From positions 26,428-90,427 of the IMG/VR virus record IMGVR_UViG_3300032116_000089: a DNA stretch of 64,000 nt. One strand, given 5' to 3'. Made by a program: the position numbers and the translations under genes. This document shows positions 50,560-58,355 of the stretch, piece by piece; positions within the stretch are counted from its first letter, which is position 1, and each line of letters begins with the position of its first letter. Source of the stretch: a virus. The notes beneath the pieces were generated by a model, which was not told where the DNA came from, searched no databases, and was given only the letters and a program-made list of their open reading frames with translations.

Positions 50560-50757
50560 ATGAAAATGAAAAATCTGAAGATGGAAGCCGTGAAGGTTGG
50601 ATTCGTGCTGAGTAAGGATGCCAGTGGATTCTACCACCTGCACGATATCAAGATGGGTTACGATGTGCTGGTTACGGCTTTCCGTGCTAGCGTCGTTCGT
50701 GCCATTCAAGACGAAAAGGCGATGATCGAATACAACAAAAAGAATCGCTCCCTCTGA
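50560..50757 (+). CDS. Small early protein, paralog of 49960..50190
   Basis: Sequence similarity to the paralog; follows sigma54 promoter. Confidence 0.8.
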   Translation: MKMKNLKMEAVKVGFVLSKDASGFYHLHDIKMGYDVLVTAFRASVVRAIQDEKAMIEYNKKNRSL

Positions 50758-50820
50758 ATGGGGGTTGCGACGGCGGAAAAAGTTTCATACACTTCACCAA
50801 TCACCAAGAGGAAAAAGAAA

Positions 50821-51153
50821 ATGGCTACCAAGTTCAAGATCATCGAAGATGCAAAGCGTCAGGCTCGCATGTGCTTTTTGGGAATCGCAATCCCTCACCA
50901 ACCGCGACTCGCAAACGGCGAGTACGGTCCGATTCGTTCGGAAAAGATTCTCAAGTTCAATCGCAAGGCTCTGCGTCGTGGCCGATCTACCAAGATTGAA
51001 AGCGTGGACGGTCGTTTGATTGGCGGTGACGATACCATGATCGTAAAGGTTGGAAAGCCCGGTTCGTGTGAGCGTGTTGAGGCTTTGCGGTCACAGTACG
51101 AGTTGATCGCCGCCAGCGGTCACGAAGTGTCGCCGTTCAGTTTTGAGGGTTGA
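50821..51153 (+). CDS. Hypothetical basic protein
   Basis: GAGG RBS, promoter at 50765. Confidence 0.7.
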   Translation: MATKFKIIEDAKRQARMCFLGIAIPHQPRLANGEYGPIRSEKILKFNRKALRRGRSTKIESVDGRLIGGDDTMIVKVGKPGSCERVEALRSQYELIAASGHEVSPFSFEG

Positions 51154-51212
51154 CACCTAAAGTTTCATCCTGTAGAATACCGATATAAGAGAAGTAACCA
51201 AAAGGAAAGAAA

Positions 51213-51512
51213 ATGACTCACGCCGAAGCGACAAAGATGGTTTTGGGCAAGCGTAATCGTAGCCAGCGTAAGGTTGGAAATAATACCTACGCTTATATTG
51301 AATATGATGGAAGTGTGGCTATTGAGTTGCATGGCACTAAGGTAGTGGTTTTTTCTCCTAATGGTATGGTGAAGTTGAACAGTGGTGGATATCGCACCCA
51401 TACTACGAAAAAGAGAATCAACCAGTATAGCCCCGTGCGGGTTTATCAGAAAAACTTTGAGTGGTTTTTGAGTGATGGTACTCCGTTTGAAGATAACATT
51501 TTGGTTTCATAA
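51213..51512 (+). CDS. Hypothetical phage protein (LHGT...LNSGGY.T.TTK.RIN motif)
   Basis: Own promoter and RBS. Confidence 0.75.
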   Translation: MTHAEATKMVLGKRNRSQRKVGNNTYAYIEYDGSVAIELHGTKVVVFSPNGMVKLNSGGYRTHTTKKRINQYSPVRVYQKNFEWFLSDGTPFEDNILVS

Positions 51513-51527
51513 AGAAAGGGGCCACGG

Positions 51528-51629
51528 ATGGTCGATATAAACTGGGTGTGTGTAGGTGTGGGATTTGTTGCTGGCGTTGCTGGTTGTTGGCTTGTTTGTG
51601 ATCTTGTTTTTCCAGTGAAAAAGGACTGA
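51528..51629 (+). CDS. Tiny membrane peptide (33 aa)
   Basis: MVDINWVCVGVGFVAGVAGCWLVCDLVFPVKKD. Confidence 0.5.
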   Translation: MVDINWVCVGVGFVAGVAGCWLVCDLVFPVKKD

Positions 51630-51631
51630 CT

Positions 51632-51709
51632 ATGCGTACACTAGACAAAGTTACACTAGCGGTATCATTCGTGATCGGATGTATAGCGGCTTGGATCGTG
51701 AACAGTTGA
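51632..51709 (+). CDS. Tiny membrane peptide (25 aa)
   Basis: AAGGA RBS; MRTLDKVTLAVSFVIGCIAAWIVNS. Confidence 0.5.
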   Translation: MRTLDKVTLAVSFVIGCIAAWIVNS

Positions 51710-51756
51710 CGTAACTCTATATCTAACAAGGGTTTACGACGAGCGGGGCGGGCCGC
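51710..51756 (+). repeat. Composite repeat R3 (left palindrome + core)
   Basis: Palindrome at 51710; GCGGGGCGGGCCGC at 51743. Confidence 0.85.
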
Positions 51757-51766
51757 CGCCGATTTT

Positions 51767-51801
51767 TGGCATGGTATTTGCTAGTAGCAAGTCGTGTGCC
51801 A
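51767..51801. promoter_or_regulatory. Two face-to-face sigma54 -24/-12 motifs
   Basis: Plus strand TGGCAT-GGTAT-TTGCT (51767); minus strand TGGCAC-ACGAC-TTGCT (51801-51786). Confidence 0.65.
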
Positions 51802-51922
51802 AAAGTAGTCCGAATCCTGTCATCTTTTTAAGGAAAAATATTTGTAGGTTGGGGCTTGACATAGCCGATAATAGGTGTAGAATCAGAGCATGATGATTGA
51901 CAGCACCAACGGAGCGAATGCC

Positions 51923-52132
51923 ATGTACGAGTTTGATGATGTTGACCGTATCCTCGCTGAACTAGCCGAGCAGGGTACGCTTGAGCCGATGGCCGAGCCG
52001 ATTGATGAGCCTACGTGCCACCCGATGGATTGGGCCGAAGTCACGGGGCTGGCCGATGAGTTGGCCGATGAGATTTACCCCGAGCCGATTACGATGCTTG
52101 ACGAGGATGGTTTTGTATGGTATGTTTCTTGA
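51923..52132 (+). CDS. Small highly acidic protein
   Basis: D/E-rich; GGAG RBS; own promoter. Confidence 0.7.
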   Translation: MYEFDDVDRILAELAEQGTLEPMAEPIDEPTCHPMDWAEVTGLADELADEIYPEPITMLDEDGFVWYVS

Positions 52133-52145
52133 ATAGGAGAAAATC

Positions 52146-52415
52146 ATGAGTCACCCAGATCCCTGCTACGATCCCGATAACTCTTATGAGGATGATGAAA
52201 TGGCTACCCATTTTGATGATTACGAGTACGATTACCACGACGATTTCTATGGTGAGGATAGTTCGTCCTATCATCACGATGCTGATCATGAGGTTGAAAG
52301 CCAGTTTGATGATGATGTCTATGATGACAGTATGGACGGCGACCATGATTCCGCGATGGAATCCGCCGGTTGGGGAACGGATGAGGATTACGGTTACTAC
52401 GGGGAAGATTTCTAA
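52146..52415 (+). CDS. Extremely acidic Asp/Tyr-rich protein (ends SAGWGTDEDYG...)
   Basis: AGGAG RBS; no Lys or Arg. Confidence 0.75.
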   Translation: MSHPDPCYDPDNSYEDDEMATHFDDYEYDYHDDFYGEDSSSYHHDADHEVESQFDDDVYDDSMDGDHDSAMESAGWGTDEDYGYYGEDF

Positions 52416-52490
52416 AGTTGAGGCTTGACATTGGCCGATAACTAGTGTACAATGGTTGAAAAGGTTTACCCACTAAGGAGTTGATTAGGC

Positions 52491-52895
52491 ATGAATGATG
52501 CGTTTACGGTTGGTGTGATTGTTGCTTGTGCCGCTGCGGCGGTTGTTGTTTTCTTTCTCTATAACGTCTATAGGGGTGTGCATGATAGCCTTGCTAATGC
52601 TGTTATTGGTACTGTATATAACTTTCGATACTTCCAACCAGTGACCGGAACTTATGAAAGGTATCTTGCGAAGGTAGTTAGTATTCGTCACCTTGACCAT
52701 TGGGAACTTGGTAGGCTTGACTTTACTAGCGATTACCGTCGTAGTGACAAGAACTTCAAGCGTACACCTACGCTAGTTACGTGTCAGATGAGCGATGGTG
52801 AACACCGACAGTTCTACGCTGAACGTAGTGATATGTGCAAGCGTACACCGGTTGGTAACTTGCTTTATAACATGGGTGTAGCATACCTGTTCTGA
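52491..52895 (+). CDS. Membrane-anchored hypothetical protein
   Basis: N-terminal TM helix; own promoter. Confidence 0.7.
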   Translation: MNDAFTVGVIVACAAAAVVVFFLYNVYRGVHDSLANAVIGTVYNFRYFQPVTGTYERYLAKVVSIRHLDHWELGRLDFTSDYRRSDKNFKRTPTLVTCQMSDGEHRQFYAERSDMCKRTPVGNLLYNMGVAYLF

Positions 52896-52930
52896 TGTTC
52901 ACTAACTAACCCGATAACCTAGACCCTTCT

Positions 52931-53012
52931 CCTAAGTCCTTGCGGGCAAAGGAGTTAGGGCTAGGCGGGCGGGCCGCGTTCGCCGTAAGTCCTTACGCCA
53001 CAACACTTTACG
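52931..53012 (+). repeat. Composite repeat R4 (complete)
   Basis: Palindromes at 52931 and 52984 flanking GGCGGGCGGGCCGCG. Confidence 0.9.
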
Positions 53013-53049
53013 ACAAATCAAAAAATCTTTTATTTTCTGCTTGACAGGC

Positions 53050-53077
53050 TAAAGTTCCAATGGTAGAATGTCGATAA
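53050..53077 (+). promoter_or_regulatory. sigma28 (FliA/SigD)-like promoter motif (also 51158, 52413, 53750, 57242, 57490, 60938)
   Basis: TAAA-N16/17-(G/A)(C/T)CGATA, e.g. TAAAGTTCCAATGGTAGAATGTCGATAA. Confidence 0.6.
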
Positions 53078-53104
53078 TAGAAGTAGAAGAAAGAGAGTGA
53101 AAAG

Positions 53105-53326
53105 ATGAGTTGGAATGGTTATCGGATGAGTAGGGATATGTGGGGTAATGTGAGACACGAACATATCCATACTGGCTGGACTGTGACGTTCTCTATGGAT
53201 GGTAAGACTTGGACTTGGAAACTTGGGGCAAGGTATGCTACCAAGAGTGATGTTGAGCGTAAGGTTTTTAGCAAGTATCCGTCTGCTAGTAATATCCGTT
53301 GTAACAAGCATATTTGTGAGGTCTGA
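53105..53326 (+). CDS. Hypothetical protein
   Basis: Own promoter. Confidence 0.65.
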   Translation: MSWNGYRMSRDMWGNVRHEHIHTGWTVTFSMDGKTWTWKLGARYATKSDVERKVFSKYPSASNIRCNKHICEV

Positions 53327-53328
53327 AT

Positions 53329-53622
53329 ATGAACTGTAATAATCCCTATTATCCCTACTGGGTTAGCAATACCCTAAACTTTACCTACAATGGTAAGAAT
53401 GTTTGGGCGACTATTTTGGAGTTTGGCAAGGATTGGATAACTTGCATAACTAAGGATGGTTATAGGCGTTACAAGTGGAATAAAATGACTCCTCCTACGC
53501 TATACCAGTGCAGGGTGAGTGATTTGATTTTGCAATATGAAAGATATGGAAATAATGATTTTGAATATCTGTATCGATACTATGGGCCGTCAACGCCAAC
53601 GATTCAATGGAAAGAGGATTGA
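53329..53622 (+). CDS. Hypothetical protein
   Basis: GAGG RBS. Confidence 0.6.
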   Translation: MNCNNPYYPYWVSNTLNFTYNGKNVWATILEFGKDWITCITKDGYRRYKWNKMTPPTLYQCRVSDLILQYERYGNNDFEYLYRYYGPSTPTIQWKED

Positions 53623-53795
53623 CATAATGATATAGGGAGTTATACTATGTCAATATGGTATGAGTGAATACACTGCGAGGGGGATGTATCTCCCAAAGAA
53701 TGAAGATCGATGTTTTGCAGATAGTCAGCGTCAGTAGGGCTTGACAAACTAAACTTTTGAAGGTAGAATGTCGATACATACGCTAGGGGAACAGA

Positions 53796-54026
53796 ATGAA
53801 TATCTTTGGGACGTATACCAGTAAAGAGATAAAGAGCGTTATCAAGAAGCCATTTCATGAGTGGCCCGAAGATATCACTCTATATTTGCAGGACATTATG
53901 GCTGGCGAACTAATGGATCAGTGGCTAGAGACTCACTCTGACGAAGAATACGTAGAATACATTGAGAATATCGTAGAAGATCTGACCTCCCATATTGAGG
54001 ATAACGACGAAGATTTAGATAGTTGA
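53796..54026 (+). CDS. Small acidic protein
   Basis: Own promoter and RBS. Confidence 0.7.
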   Translation: MNIFGTYTSKEIKSVIKKPFHEWPEDITLYLQDIMAGELMDQWLETHSDEEYVEYIENIVEDLTSHIEDNDEDLDS

Positions 54027-54106
54027 CAACATACGGGTCTATGGTAGAATGATATCAAAGAAGCCATAGATAAAAGACAGTCGAGTATGGCAGACACCCG
54101 TATTTT

Positions 54107-54179
54107 GGGTCATTAGCTCAATCGGCAGAGCATCGGACTTTTAATCCGTTGGTTGTAGGTTCAAGTCCTACATGACCCA
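54107..54179 (+). tRNA. tRNA-Lys (UUU)
   Basis: Cloverleaf; anticodon loop CT-TTT-AA; T-loop TTCAAGT. Confidence 0.92.
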
Positions 54180-54241
54180 TTGACTTTTTCGTGTGTATAA
54201 AGTATAATAGATAAAACCATCCTCTAACCTCCCGGAATACT

Positions 54242-54388
54242 ATGTATAACGAAAACGTCATGAAGTGGTGCGGCCCTTACGATCAAGAAGAATACGAAGA
54301 ACTCATTGGCGATGATGAGCGAGATATCATCGTATATGATGACAGCAATGAGTGGTACAATATTTATGCTTCGGAGGCTGATGTTTGA
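54242..54388 (+). CDS. Small acidic protein (48 aa)
   Basis: Promoter at 54180; MYNENVMKWCGPYDQEE... Confidence 0.55.
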   Translation: MYNENVMKWCGPYDQEEYEELIGDDERDIIVYDDSNEWYNIYASEADV

Positions 54389-54475
54389 GTTACGGGATGT
54401 GGTCTGACCCTAGCCCATGCTAGACGTAGGACTGCCCTAGTGGTTTTGTGGGATTCCATTTTAAAAATCCCACTT

Positions 54476-54547
54476 GCCCGCATAGTATAAAGGCTATTAC
54501 AGTTGATTTGTAATCATCGGATGAGGGTTCGATTCCTTCTGTGGGCT
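54476..54547 (+). tRNA. tRNA-Thr (UGU)
   Basis: GCCCGCA/TGTGGGC acceptor; loop TT-TGT-AA. Confidence 0.88.
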
Positions 54548-54556
54548 TTGATTGAT

Positions 54557-54629
54557 TGCCCGGTAGCTTAACTGGCAGAGCAAGGGATTTTGGTTCCCTC
54601 GGTTGTAGGTTCGAATCCTACTCGGGCAT
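54557..54629 (+). tRNA. tRNA-Gln (UUG)
   Basis: AGGGA-TT-TTG-GT-TCCCT anticodon arm; TTCGAAT T-loop. Confidence 0.9.
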
Positions 54630-54689
54630 TTACGGTTCGAATCTTTAGGCTCAGTTGGTGTATAATACTATACCAAAGGAGATTTAAAG

Positions 54690-55124
54690 ATGAAAATGAA
54701 AGAACAAATATTAGAACTAAAAGCACAAGGTTATTCTTACAGAGATATACAAGCAAAACTTGGATGTTCCAAAGGAACAATAGCGTATCATGTAGGTATA
54801 GGTCAAAAAGATAAAACTCAAAATAGAACCAAAGAATATAGAACAAAGGTTAAAAGATACATACAAGAGTATAAGTCTGGTAAAAGATGTGCTGATTGTG
54901 GAGAGGATTATCCATACTGGCTATTAGAGTTTGATCATACTAGAGATGATAAAAGTTTTAATATATCAGAGTTCTCTCAACACACTATAGCATTAGAAAA
55001 AATTAAAGAAGAAATAAGTAAGTGTGACGTTGTATGTTGCAACTGCCATAGAAATAGAACATTTATGAGACAAACTAACGACGCTAGATATGTAGGTATA
55101 GAATTTTGTAAGTATCCAGAATAA
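54690..55124 (+). CDS. HTH-HNH endonuclease (putative homing endonuclease) in the tRNA cluster
   Basis: SYRDIQAKLGCSKGTIAYH HTH; CADC...FDH...CCNCH. Confidence 0.85.
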   Translation: MKMKEQILELKAQGYSYRDIQAKLGCSKGTIAYHVGIGQKDKTQNRTKEYRTKVKRYIQEYKSGKRCADCGEDYPYWLLEFDHTRDDKSFNISEFSQHTIALEKIKEEISKCDVVCCNCHRNRTFMRQTNDARYVGIEFCKYPE

Positions 55125-55129
55125 CGTGA

Positions 55130-55201
55130 ACACAGGTAGCATAATGGTAATGCCCCAAACTGTTAATTTGTCAGATGTAGGTTCGAATCCTACCCTGTGT
55201 G
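55130..55201 (+). tRNA. tRNA-Asn (GUU)
   Basis: ACACAGG/CCTGTGT acceptor; loop CT-GTT-AA. Confidence 0.85.
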
Positions 55202-55205
55202 CTTT

Positions 55206-55277
55206 GGCCCCATCTTCTAACGGTTAGGAAATCGGATTTTCGCTCCGAGAATCAGGGTTCGATTCCCTGTGGGGTCA
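55206..55277 (+). tRNA. tRNA-Glu (UUC)
   Basis: TCGGA-TT-TTC-GC-TCCGA. Confidence 0.9.
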
Positions 55278-55280
55278 TTT

Positions 55281-55354
55281 GGGAATGTAGATCAACTGGT
55301 TAGATCGCTAGCCTGTCACGCTAGAGGTTGCGGGTTCAAGTCCCGTCATTCTCG
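55281..55354 (+). tRNA. tRNA-Asp (GUC)
   Basis: CTAGC-CT-GTC-AC-GCTAG. Confidence 0.92.
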
Positions 55355-55363
55355 TTATCTTGT

Positions 55364-55411
55364 CGTAAGTCCTTATCTATCAAGTATTTAGGAATAGCGG
55401 GGCGGGCCGCG
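55364..55411 (+). repeat. Composite repeat R5 (left palindrome + core)
   Basis: Palindrome at 55364; core at 55397. Confidence 0.85.
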
Positions 55412-55496
55412 AATCCTATGCCAAAGATTTTCTCAAGATTTCCCCTTGACTGTGCCGATGTATAGTGTAGAATCGGTGAACACAAGGGAGAGAATC

Positions 55497-56201
55497 ATGA
55501 AAGTTGCAAACGGTAATGACAAGTTGGGCAAGGGTTGTTTGGTCGTTTCTAGGCCAGTTGGTGATACTTGTCCGTCAACGTGTGCATTTTTGGGTAACGG
55601 TTGCTATGCAGAGCAAACCGAGAAAATGTATCCTAACGTGCGTCCTGCTGGTATGCAGAATGTTATCACTGAGCGTGGGCGTATTCGCTCCATGATTCTG
55701 GACGCTATTCGTCAAGGAAAATCTATTCGTTGGCATGAGCGTGGCGATTGGTTTCTTGACGGTAAACTGGATATGGATTATGTGAACAATGTTATTTGGG
55801 CTTGTGATAGCATTGTGAGCGAAGGTAAGATTCTGCCCGATATGTGGTTTTATACCCATATCTACGACGCTAGACTTGTGGCTATGGAAAAGTATATGGC
55901 GGTCTATGCTAGTGTGCATAACGCTAATGACAAGGCTACGGCATCACTCGCCGGATTCAAACTGTTCGCATGGTGCGATAGCGATGAGAAGATTGCGAAG
56001 AAACGCCCCAAGCGTAAAAACCTTGCCGATGCTTGGCGTAAGAGTCTGCCCAAACTTGTGATTCTCGACGGCGAGAAGTTTATCACTTGCCCCGAAATCC
56101 GTCGTGGTCGCGGCGTTGTGACTTGCACTCCGACGAAGGGTAGTGTAGACTGTAATCTGTGCGTCAAGGGTTTGGCTAACGTGTTGTTTCCATCACACTG
56201 A
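55497..56201 (+). CDS. Gp88-like (Fe-S/radical-SAM-like) phage protein
   Basis: N.KL, TCP..C....CYA, RWHERGD, WFYTH and C-terminal CP...C...C..C. Confidence 0.7.
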   Translation: MKVANGNDKLGKGCLVVSRPVGDTCPSTCAFLGNGCYAEQTEKMYPNVRPAGMQNVITERGRIRSMILDAIRQGKSIRWHERGDWFLDGKLDMDYVNNVIWACDSIVSEGKILPDMWFYTHIYDARLVAMEKYMAVYASVHNANDKATASLAGFKLFAWCDSDEKIAKKRPKRKNLADAWRKSLPKLVILDGEKFITCPEIRRGRGVVTCTPTKGSVDCNLCVKGLANVLFPSH

Positions 56202-56208
56202 GGATAAG

Positions 56209-56427
56209 ATGAAAGTTTTTACATACGATTGTGTTACGCTTGCCGATGTTTGTGAGCAGAACACTCTAGATTATGGTCATGTTATAGAGGAAATATCCCA
56301 TAGTGATATTTCATTTGGCACTAACGAGGATACCTTGATTAGCAAGAGTATGCTTGAACAAGTATTAGATATTACTATTGACTTTGGTGGTCTGGACGAT
56401 ACCGTACTTATTAGCCTTGGGAGTTGA
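56209..56427 (+). CDS. Small acidic protein
   Basis: GAGG RBS. Confidence 0.65.
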   Translation: MKVFTYDCVTLADVCEQNTLDYGHVIEEISHSDISFGTNEDTLISKSMLEQVLDITIDFGGLDDTVLISLGS

Positions 56428-56429
56428 CG

Positions 56430-56936
56430 ATGTATACTATTGTAAAGAAGCGTAGCGGTGCTGGTTGTGCATCATCGTTTTATAAACTCAAGGGTAAGAA
56501 AAATCGTGGGTTTAAAATCTTCCAATCCAAAGAAGATGCAGAGATTGCCCATACTAATCAAGTAGAACTGTCAATGTATAATCTAGCCCCGTATGTTTAT
56601 AGTCAAGTCGGTCGTGTTCGTAAGAGTGATAAGAGTCTAACTGGCTGGGGATATGTTACAGAAATCGCGGAACTAATCTGCTGCCCCGGTAATGGTTGCT
56701 ACTGTTGTGATCGTGAAGAACTAGAAGATGAATATTGTGATGAGATGAGCAATCTAGTTTGCAATATGGAAGAATATGGATTTAGTTTTGGAGATAATCA
56801 CGCTGGCAATGTTGGATTTGTAAATCGTGATGGTCATAAGGTGATGGTATGTATTGACACTGGAGATGAAAGCGTAGTAAACGAAAATAGGTGTTTTTGC
56901 ATCACTTGCAGAAAAGGCGGTTGCTGCCATGAGTAA
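56430..56936 (+). CDS. Minimal protein-kinase-like protein
   Basis: GAGC loop, GFKIF Lys, APYVY, DNHAGN catalytic loop, IDTG. Confidence 0.7.
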   Translation: MYTIVKKRSGAGCASSFYKLKGKKNRGFKIFQSKEDAEIAHTNQVELSMYNLAPYVYSQVGRVRKSDKSLTGWGYVTEIAELICCPGNGCYCCDREELEDEYCDEMSNLVCNMEEYGFSFGDNHAGNVGFVNRDGHKVMVCIDTGDESVVNENRCFCITCRKGGCCHE

Positions 56937-57156
56937 GTATTACATTAAGTCTAACACGCTAGAACTTATCTACTCTACAGATAAAACTCCCCTTGAGGCT
57001 GCGATTGTAGCACTAGGTGAGACTAACAAGTTTGACGTATTAGATGAACATTTTTACATTGACGAGCGTGGTATGAAAGACTACGTTACAGCACTTCCCG
57101 ATACTATTGTAATCCCCACTAAACTAGTGGCAGCAGAAGCCGGTTGGACGATGTGA
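56929..57156 (+). CDS. Hypothetical protein
   Basis: Coupled ORF. Confidence 0.65.
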   Translation: MSKYYIKSNTLELIYSTDKTPLEAAIVALGETNKFDVLDEHFYIDERGMKDYVTALPDTIVIPTKLVAAEAGWTM

Positions 57157-57238
57157 CGTAAACCCTTGTAGCCATTAGGGTTACGGCGAACGGGGCCGGG
57201 GAGATTTGACGTAAACCCTTATCAAATATAGACTTACA
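57157..57238 (+). repeat. Composite repeat R6 (complete, divergent core)
   Basis: Palindromes at 57157 and 57210. Confidence 0.85.
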
Positions 57239-57300
57239 ACCTAAAGTTTTTTCTTGACTGTGCCGATAGGTATGGTATGATAGTTGCATAGGAGACACGT

Positions 57301-57492
57301 ATGTATATTTGGAGAGTTTGGAAAGATAATCGGTTTGCGGGGTATGTATCGTCCCCTAGTCAGTTTGATGCATACGTGAAGGCCCGAGATGAGTTTGGGC
57401 AAAATGTGTGGGTTGAGCGGACTGTGCAATATGCAGTGGTGTACCACCCAAATAATCAAGATCATTTTGTGAGAGATAGTCAGCCAGCCTAA
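57301..57492 (+). CDS. Hypothetical protein
   Basis: AGGAG RBS, own promoter. Confidence 0.7.
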   Translation: MYIWRVWKDNRFAGYVSSPSQFDAYVKARDEFGQNVWVERTVQYAVVYHPNNQDHFVRDSQPA

Positions 57493-57524
57493 AGTTTCTG
57501 AGCAGGAATGTCGATAATCCTTAT

Positions 57525-57872
57525 ATGAAAAAGGAGACAGGCATCATGATTCAATGGATTGGCGTGATCATTACGATTTGCGGTCTGGTGTATACGGGAA
57601 TAAAAGATGTTCAAACTGGCGTGATAAAAATACCTACGTTATCGCAAAACGAGGTATTGACAAAAACAAACTATCCAATACAATACTGTCTGATGGCTTA
57701 CGATCCTAACACTGACAAAGTTTACTATCAACACGAAAACGGTATATGGTATGATTACCCTCCACAACAACGACGATATGCGGCCACGCCGCAACGTAAT
57801 CAAAATCAAGAAAGTTATGCCGTGGGAAATGCGGCAGGGACACCAAGAACACAAGTTTACGGTGTTCGATAA
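57525..57872 (+). CDS. Membrane-anchored hypothetical protein
   Basis: TM segment; sigma28-like motif upstream; start may be 57546. Confidence 0.55.
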   Translation: MKKETGIMIQWIGVIITICGLVYTGIKDVQTGVIKIPTLSQNEVLTKTNYPIQYCLMAYDPNTDKVYYQHENGIWYDYPPQQRRYAATPQRNQNQESYAVGNAAGTPRTQVYGVR

Positions 57873-57928
57873 TCGCCCCAAGCGACAGCGTACCCGTAGG
57901 GATATTGAACGTCAATGGCGGAATGAAT

Positions 57929-58354
57929 ATGACTCCTAAACCATTACATGGCGAAGTTCGTTTCCACCTGAGTAGGGGCGAACATTATATGCACTGGCAA
58001 GTAAAAGTCATGCAGGGTAGAAAGAAAGTTGATGTATATTATTACGATCCTAATGAGTATCAGTTAGAGATGCGGGGTTGTAAGTTGATAAACAAGCCAA
58101 ACAAGGCTAAACAAGTATTTGAGGCTGGAGTTCATGATGTGAGCGGTTGGGTAAAGTGTGACGAAGTGATGCTTCGCAAAACATTTTATCCAAAGTTGCC
58201 TATTGACAATCTTGAAAAGGTGTTCTATAATCCTATTCGTGATCCACACTGGCGACGAGAGAGTGACTCTAACGAGTTTGTGTGGGACGATAGCGAGTAT
58301 GCTACTTTACTAACTGACGGCAAACAAGTCTACATTTTGGAAGAAAGAGTCTAA
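57929..58354 (+). CDS. Hypothetical protein
   Basis: Long ORF with plausible composition. Confidence 0.7.
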   Translation: MTPKPLHGEVRFHLSRGEHYMHWQVKVMQGRKKVDVYYYDPNEYQLEMRGCKLINKPNKAKQVFEAGVHDVSGWVKCDEVMLRKTFYPKLPIDNLEKVFYNPIRDPHWRRESDSNEFVWDDSEYATLLTDGKQVYILEERV

Positions 58355-58355
58355 T

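Noticed and set aside
54392-54474. Possible extra tRNA before tRNA-Thr
   Set aside because: Only a GTGGGATT/AATCCCAC hairpin; no cloverleaf
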